Shown: one piece after another, positions 58,450 through 64,000 of the stretch | Layout: every line of letters begins with the position of its first letter | Position numbering within the stretch: the stretch's first letter is position 1 | Assembly (NCBI GenBank): GCA_963666835.2 | Contig: CAXXGO010000006.1 | Coordinates: forward strand, 928,001-992,000 | Origin: Phycisphaerae bacterium | GTDB lineage: Bacteria; Planctomycetota; Phycisphaerae; UBA1845 | Length of the DNA: 64,000 nucleotides | Direction: 5' to 3' | Notes under the pieces: model-generated | Told to the model about the DNA's origin: nothing | Databases searched by the model: none | Seen by the model: the letters and a program-made list of their open reading frames with translations, nothing else | Program-made: the position numbers and the translations under genes

Positions 58450-60731
58450 GATACGGACACCTCCCGCGCGTCGTGGACCGCGCCGACCTCCACCGCGTTC
58501 TTAGCCCCGGCCTGCGGCGTTTCCGGTGTCGGCGGCGCGGACGTTCCGCCCAGCGGGAGTCGTACGGTAAAACACGAACCGACGCCAGGCGTGCTCTCGA
58601 CCGTGACGTCGCCCCCCATGGCCAGGCACAGCTTGCGCGTGATGCTCAATCCCAATCCGGTGCCACCTGCCCGTCTCGTACTGGAGGAATCCACCTGATG
58701 GAACTGCTCGAAGATGGTCTCGATATGGTCGGCCGGAATACCGATTCCGGTATCTTCCACGTCGATAAACAGCTCTTCCTCTGTTGCCCGAGCGCGGACG
58801 TCGATACGACCTTCCTCGGTGAATTTGGCAGCGTTGCCCACCAGGTTGATCAGTATCTGACGAATCCGCGCGGCGTCCCCCTGCAAACGGAGCCCCGCCA
58901 TGATCTTGGCGTCCGCCTGTTGCGCGATCTCGATCGGCCGATCTCTGACCAACGGACGCGCCAGTTCCACGCATTCGGTGATCAACTCGACGATATCGAC
59001 GTCGTCCTGGCTCAACGTAATCCGCCCGGCTTCGATCTTGGAGAGCTCGAGGATGTCGTTTATCAGCGCCAGCAGATTGCGCGAGTTGCGGAAGACTTTC
59101 TCCAAACGCATCGCGCGTTTGTCGTTGGGCGGGTCTTTCTGATCGTCGATCATCATCTCGGTAAAGCCGATGATCGAATTCAACGGGGTTCTCAGCTCGT
59201 GGGACATCTTGGCCAGGAACTCGCTTTTAGCCCGGTTCGCCGCCTCCGCCCGCAATGTTGTTTCTTCGAGCAGTCGCGTGATCTGCTTCTCACGATCCAG
59301 CAGGTCCGCCAGGAGAGTGTTCTTGGACTGCAGCTCGGCTTCGGCCTTGCGACGGAGGTACTGCGCCTCGGCGTGTTTGAGGGAACGGGCCAGAACATCG
59401 GGGCTCATAAGGTCCTTGACCAGATAGTCATCCGCTCCGGCCCGCATGATCTCGACGGCGAGGTTCTCGTCGCCCTGACCGGTCAGCATGATGATCGGTC
59501 CGAGATACCCCGATGACCGCATTTCCTTGAGGGCTTCCAATCCGTTGCCGGCTCCCAGCAGATAGTCGAGAAACACTACGTCGATTTGGTATTGAGTTAA
59601 CTCAGTCAGGCCGGCCGCTTTGCTAGTGCGTTGGATGTATTCGACTTCGAAATCGACGATGTCCTCGAGCATTCGGCGGAGGATTTCTCCGTCACCGATG
59701 TCGTCGTCGACGACCAGCACGGTGCGTGGTCCGGTGCGAGCGCTCTGGGGCGGCCAGCTTCCCAAGGATGCATCCGAATGCATCGATTCGGGCCCCTCGT
59801 TCCTTGCTTCTGCCAGCGCCGCTTGTGCCAGATCGACCACATCTTCCCAATGCTTCGCCGGGGCGGATCCGATGCCGAAGCTGACCGTAACGAATGGTTG
59901 CCCGGCATTGCCGGAGTGTACGATGTTGAGGTTTCTGACCTTCTTGCGAATCCGCGCGGCCAGCACCTGAGCGTTGTCGGAATCGGTTTCTGCGGCGAGG
60001 ACCGCGAATTCCTCGCGTCCGAACCGGCCGATGAGATCGCGCGTTCGACAGGAATCCGTTATGCACTCGGCAACCTGTCGCAGACATTCATCTCCGGCCT
60101 TGCGCCCTTGCGCGAAGACCAATCCCATGAAGTTGTCGATGCCGACGATTATGACGCTGTAGGCGAGCCCATCCTGCGCTGAGCGCTCGTGCTCCAGGCT
60201 CGCCGATTCCGCCCAGGTCGCCTGGGTCAGCAGACCGGTCAACGTGTCTACGCGGCCGAGCGGCGAGACCCCTTCGCGGTCTCTGGCGATATGCCATGCG
60301 GGCTTCTCGGGAGGCTGAGTGTGATCGGCTCCGGGCCGGCGTCGTTCATAGCGGAGCAACGCATGTTCGATTGCGCGGGCAAGAACCCCTGGGGTGAGAT
60401 CATTTTTGAGTAGAAAATCATCTGCTCCGGCGCGGATGATTTCCTTGGCGATCTGCGTATCGCTATGGGCGGAGAACGCGATAATCGGTCGAAGATCTCC
60501 CGAATCTCGAAGGGCGGCTACCACATCGAGACCGTCCTCTGCACCGAGCCGGCAATCCACGAGTATGACATTGAATTCCCTTGAGGCCGACTCGCGTAGA
60601 CCGGATTCCATAGTGGGGCAGTGAACGAAGTCGAGATCGACGTCCGGGATTTCCTCCAGTTGGCGGCGCAACAGTTCCGCATGATCGGTATCGTCCTCGA
60701 ACACGAGAACCGCTAGACGCGTCACAGACAT
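58446..60731 (-). CDS. REC-GGDEF(degenerate)-REC-HisKA-HATPase hybrid
   Basis: DTLTGL, GDECL, RFGREEF and [14 protein letters not shown] and GGTGLGL. Confidence 0.88.
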   Translation of the reverse strand: MSVTRLAVLVFEDDTDHAELLRRQLEEIPDVDLDFVHCPTMESGLRESASREFNVILVDCRLGAEDGLDVVAALRDSGDLRPIIAFSAHSDTQIAKEIIRAGADDFLLKNDLTPGVLARAIEHALLRYERRRPGADHTQPPEKPAWHIARDREGVSPLGRVDTLTGLLTQATWAESASLEHERSAQDGLAYSVIIVGIDNFMGLVFAQGRKAGDECLRQVAECITDSCRTRDLIGRFGREEFAVLAAETDSDNAQVLAARIRKKVRNLNIVHSGNAGQPFVTVSFGIGSAPAKHWEDVVDLAQAALAEARNEGPESMHSDASLGSWPPQSARTGPRTVLVVDDDIGDGEILRRMLEDIVDFEVEYIQRTSKAAGLTELTQYQIDVVFLDYLLGAGNGLEALKEMRSSGYLGPIIMLTGQGDENLAVEIMRAGADDYLVKDLMSPDVLARSLKHAEAQYLRRKAEAELQSKNTLLADLLDREKQITRLLEETTLRAEAANRAKSEFLAKMSHELRTPLNSIIGFTEMMIDDQKDPPNDKRAMRLEKVFRNSRNLLALINDILELSKIEAGRITLSQDDVDIVELITECVELARPLVRDRPIEIAQQADAKIMAGLRLQGDAARIRQILINLVGNAAKFTEEGRIDVRARATEEELFIDVEDTGIGIPADHIETIFEQFHQVDSSSTRRAGGTGLGLSITRKLCLAMGGDVTVESTPGVGSCFTVRLPLGGTSAPPTPETPQAGAKNAVEVGAVHDAREVSVS

Positions 60732-60752
60732 ATTTGCAGGCCCTCCGCCTCC

Positions 60753-61202
60753 CTAGTTCGGCAGGGTTACCAGTTCGAACCAATACACTCTCAACTTCTG
60801 GACGACATCTACGAAATCGTGCAGCTCCATAGGCTTCGTAATAAAGGAGTTGCATCCCAGTTCGTAGCAGCGGATCACGTCTTCGTGGTGTTTCGATGTC
60901 GTCAATACGACCACCGGAATCCGGCACAGATGCGGAGTGGAACGCACGTGCTCCAATACTCGCCGCCCATTGAGCTTGGGCATGTTCAGGTCAAGTAGAA
61001 CGAGGTCCGGGAGCGGAGCCGATGCGGGATCGGCAAACGGCCCGCGCTGGAGCAGGTAATCCAGCGCCTCCTCGCCGTCGGACGCGATGCGCAGGTCCAC
61101 GGAGATATCGTGCTCCTCTAAGGCCCGCCTGATCAACTCCTGATCGCCGGGGTCGTCTTCTGCTAGTAGCACGACACCGGGTCGGCCGCTTCTGGTACGC
61201 AT
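60753..61202 (-). CDS. Rcp1-like response regulator
   Basis: AEDDPGD, LLDLNMPK, IPVVVLTTS, GCNSFITKP and YWF. Confidence 0.9.
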   Translation of the reverse strand: MRTRSGRPGVVLLAEDDPGDQELIRRALEEHDISVDLRIASDGEEALDYLLQRGPFADPASAPLPDLVLLDLNMPKLNGRRVLEHVRSTPHLCRIPVVVLTTSKHHEDVIRCYELGCNSFITKPMELHDFVDVVQKLRVYWFELVTLPN

Positions 61203-62344
61203 GCTTCGTTCCTCGGATTTCCACCTAAGGTGAATCTGAAATGAGCCCCATGCCCGTATTCCGATTCGACCCAGATTCGCCCTCCGTGATGCTCGACGAT
61301 CTTGCGGCAGATCGCCAACCCCATACCCGTACCGCCGGACTCGTCCCGTCCGTGCAATTGCTTGAAAGGTACGAATGCCTGGTCGGCATACTCCTTGCGG
61401 ATCCCAATGCCGTTGTCGCGTACGCCGAAGACCCACTGCTGATTCTCGCGCACGGCCGTCAGCCGAATACGCAGAGTCCGGTCCGCATCGCGGTATTTAA
61501 TCGCATTGTCGATGAGGCTCAGATACAACTGGAACACCTGAACGGCGTCTGCCTCGATTTGCGGAAGCTCATCACGGGAGAGATCCACGGTGGTTTCGTT
61601 CATACGCTCGACCAACGCGGCAATCGCCCGGTCGGCGCAGTCTGACAGGGCCACGGGACGCCGATCCACCTCGAGGCGACCAATCCGGGAAAGTTCCAGA
61701 AGGTCCTGCATTAGCCGGCTCACACGGCGGGCTGCGGCAGAAATGAAATGGAGGTCTCGGCTCACTTTCTCGGAAAGGTCTTCCCCGAGATCCACCTGCA
61801 ATAGTCCGCTGAAAGCGACCAACTGGCGCACCGGTTCCTGTAAATCGTGGCTCGCCAGATAGGTAAGTTCGTTGAGTTCCTCGGTACGGCGCTCCAAAGA
61901 AGCAGCGCGTTCCCGGATCTGCTCCTCCAGGTGCTCCCGATATGCCAGGTTCTCTCGAATCAGGCGTGCTCGATCCAAGGTCTTCTCGATGGCATGCAGC
62001 AAAACGCCCGATTCCTCCACCGGTTTGAGGATGAAGTCCCAAGCTCCGCGATGCAGTGCTTCGACCACGTCAGCCAGAATCCCCGTGCCGGAGACTACGA
62101 TAACCGGCGTATTCGCAGACTCCCGCGTTACGGCGTCCAGCACGTCCAACCCGGAGAACTCGGGCATCTGTAGGTCTATCAGAATCAGGTCCGGCCGAGC
62201 TCGCCGAAACATATCGAGTCCGATCCGGCCATTCTCCGCCTCCGACACGGTGAACCCGTGATCTTCCAGGAAGGCCCGGAATAACATCCGAATGGATGGT
62301 TCATCATCGATGATCAGGATTGTCTCGGTCCGTTCGGTTGCCAT
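61163..62344 (-). CDS. REC + histidine kinase (bacteriophytochrome-type kinase core)
   Basis: ASHDLQEPVR, VRDNGIGI and GTGMGLAICRKIVEHHGG. Confidence 0.9.
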   Translation of the reverse strand: MATERTETILIIDDEPSIRMLFRAFLEDHGFTVSEAENGRIGLDMFRRARPDLILIDLQMPEFSGLDVLDAVTRESANTPVIVVSGTGILADVVEALHRGAWDFILKPVEESGVLLHAIEKTLDRARLIRENLAYREHLEEQIRERAASLERRTEELNELTYLASHDLQEPVRQLVAFSGLLQVDLGEDLSEKVSRDLHFISAAARRVSRLMQDLLELSRIGRLEVDRRPVALSDCADRAIAALVERMNETTVDLSRDELPQIEADAVQVFQLYLSLIDNAIKYRDADRTLRIRLTAVRENQQWVFGVRDNGIGIRKEYADQAFVPFKQLHGRDESGGTGMGLAICRKIVEHHGGRIWVESEYGHGAHFRFTLGGNPRNEACVPEAADPVSCY

Positions 62345-62399
62345 CGTCTCAAGGCCCCGTATGCCCTCACCTCTTCCGGAGAGCCATATTCCGCGCGCG

Positions 62400-63650
62400 T
62401 TACCCCGCCTTTTTCGTTCCGGATTCCGCCGGTCCTTCGCCTAACGTGAATTTGAAATGGGAGCCTCGATCGATGTTTGACTCGACCCACAGACGTCCCC
62501 CGTGTCGTTCCACTACCTTGCGGCAGATCGCCAGCCCGATTCCCGTGCCCTCGTAATCGCTGCAACCGTGCAGGCGCTTGAACGGTGTGAATACCTGCTC
62601 GAAATGTTCCTCTTTTATGCCGATGCCGTTGTCCAGGACGCCGAACTGCCATTCCCCGTCGACCTTCTCCGCGGTGATCTGAACGGATGGTCGCCGATCG
62701 GTCGCAACGAATTTCAGGGCATTCCCGATCAGGTTCTGGTAAAGCTGAGTAAGAAGTGTGGGGTCCCCGGACGTTATCGGAAGGTCATCCGAGGTTATTG
62801 TCGGCTCCACTTCCTCGATCCGGCCGGCCAAGGCTTCCAGAGCTCTGTTAACGCAATCCTGCAACGCAATGGGCTCGTGCCTCATTGCCGAACTGCCGGC
62901 GCGAGAAAGCTGGAGCAAGTCTTCTACCAGCGTTCGCATTCGCCGAGCGGCGTCGGTGATGAACTCCAGATCTCGATCGGCCCTTTCCGGCAAGTCGTCC
63001 CCCAGATCCGCGCGTAGCAGATTACTGAACGAGATCAACTTCCGCAGGGGCTCCTGCAGGTCGTGGCTGGCTACATAGGCGAATTCCGCAAGCTCCTCGT
63101 TCTTCTGCCGCAAGGCCGTGTTTGCTTCTTTCGCCCGGGTGGCCGTGGCCTCCAGTTCGGCGCGCGACGCTTCCAACTCCCGAGCACGCTCACTCAGGGC
63201 GGTTCGAGCTTCCTGGAGCTCTGCAAGCCTATCGTACTCCGGGGTCACATTGCCAATTGCGAGCAGGGCGCGCGGGGGAGAGTTCGAGATCAGGCGGACC
63301 TGAGTCTTCTGGATCATAAGGGACGTGCCCTGCCGGCACTTTACTTCGATCGGAAGGACGTGACGGTGAAGCGCCGCCGAGTACACGGCCGGAGTGCCGG
63401 TTGTGAACACTTGCCCAATCCGTTCGCCGTAGCGCGGTTCGCGCAGGTTGGGAAAACGCTGCCCGAGGTTGCTGCCCAGGGCTTCTTCGCGTGGGATTCC
63501 GGTCCACTCGGCCAGAGTGACATTCCACTCGTGAATGTTCAGATCGGGATCGATAACGCACACGCCCAATGACAGCATGTCCAGAACCTCGTTCAAGCCG
63601 AGGTCCAGCAGATTCGTAGTACCCACGGTTGCTTCGCTTGTCGGGGTCAT
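62400..63650 (-). CDS. PAS + histidine kinase
   Basis: PAS domain (EWN..LAEWTG); ASHDLQEPLR, NALKF and GTGIGLAIC. Confidence 0.9.
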   Translation of the reverse strand: MTPTSEATVGTTNLLDLGLNEVLDMLSLGVCVIDPDLNIHEWNVTLAEWTGIPREEALGSNLGQRFPNLREPRYGERIGQVFTTGTPAVYSAALHRHVLPIEVKCRQGTSLMIQKTQVRLISNSPPRALLAIGNVTPEYDRLAELQEARTALSERARELEASRAELEATATRAKEANTALRQKNEELAEFAYVASHDLQEPLRKLISFSNLLRADLGDDLPERADRDLEFITDAARRMRTLVEDLLQLSRAGSSAMRHEPIALQDCVNRALEALAGRIEEVEPTITSDDLPITSGDPTLLTQLYQNLIGNALKFVATDRRPSVQITAEKVDGEWQFGVLDNGIGIKEEHFEQVFTPFKRLHGCSDYEGTGIGLAICRKVVERHGGRLWVESNIDRGSHFKFTLGEGPAESGTKKAG

Positions 63651-63651
63651 G

Positions 63652-64000
63652 TCACGGCCTCTTGTCGATTGCCGACAGTGCGTCAAACCACGCTTCGATT
63701 ACGCCCAAGCCAAACACCAGAACGAGAGTGCCGTCGACGCCCCGCTCGGCCACTTGGAAGTGCGCGGCGGCCACGACGACGGCGTCCGGTTCCTCATTCG
63801 GCGGCGAGGTCGCGGGCGTTGCAATCCTGGCCAGTGAGTCGTTGGGCAAGAATTTCGGCACGCTGTAAACAAACCGCATACCGGCGAGATTGGCAATGGA
63901 ACCCATCACCGCGTTCAATACGATGTTGCCGACTTCCGTCAGAATCCCCGAGACGTCGAAATCCGTAAGGTCGCCTTCGTCGCCTGCCGCACCAAGCAGC
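63652..64000 (-). CDS. cheC: CheC-like phosphatase (5'-truncated)
   Basis: LTEVGNIVLNAVMGSIAN contains the ExxN motif; the frame is open to the window edge. Confidence 0.75.
   Translation of the reverse strand, partial: LLGAAGDEGDLTDFDVSGILTEVGNIVLNAVMGSIANLAGMRFVYSVPKFLPNDSLARIATPATSPPNEEPDAVVVAAAHFQVAERGVDGTLVLVFGLGVIEAWFDALSAIDKRP

Overview
GC-rich bacterial window whose gene content suggests an anaerobic or facultative Planctomycetota (Phycisphaerae-like) genome. This is inferred from a DUF1559-type prepilin, dockerin-like repeats, an IPTL-CTERM protein and a PQQ-like propeller. In order: (1) an Hmc/Hyb-like membrane redox module (Tat 4Fe-4S protein, NrfD/HybB, 13-heme cytochrome) behind an AcfC-DsrE fusion; (2) a convergent operon with a 2-oxoacid (VOR-type):ferredoxin oxidoreductase and a NuoEFG/BamGHI-like flavin module lacking any catalytic subunit; (3) fur, cdsA, phoH, 7TM-HD, ybeY, a degenerate nitrilase-fold gene and corC; (4) a prepilin with no canonical start codon and a PQQ propeller; (5) a gene the ORF track missed, 26358-27899, a secreted thioredoxin/Omp28-like protein with an in-frame TGA in a U-G-G-C motif followed by a SECIS-like hairpin, i.e. 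a candidate novel selenoprotein and the top finding; (6) an orphan DNA methyltransferase, fbp, AIM24, YWTD/IPTL-CTERM, hemerythrin, a lipoprotein and queE; (7) a 6 x 144 bp REP-containing tandem array; (8) a secreted fibre-like protein locus with two proteases that share a C-terminal module; (9) an MCP and a dense two-component cluster ending in a partial cheC-like gene. GTAG-type REP elements are dispersed through the window. No rRNA, tRNA or CRISPR was recognised. All calls come from reading motifs by eye; no searches were run.
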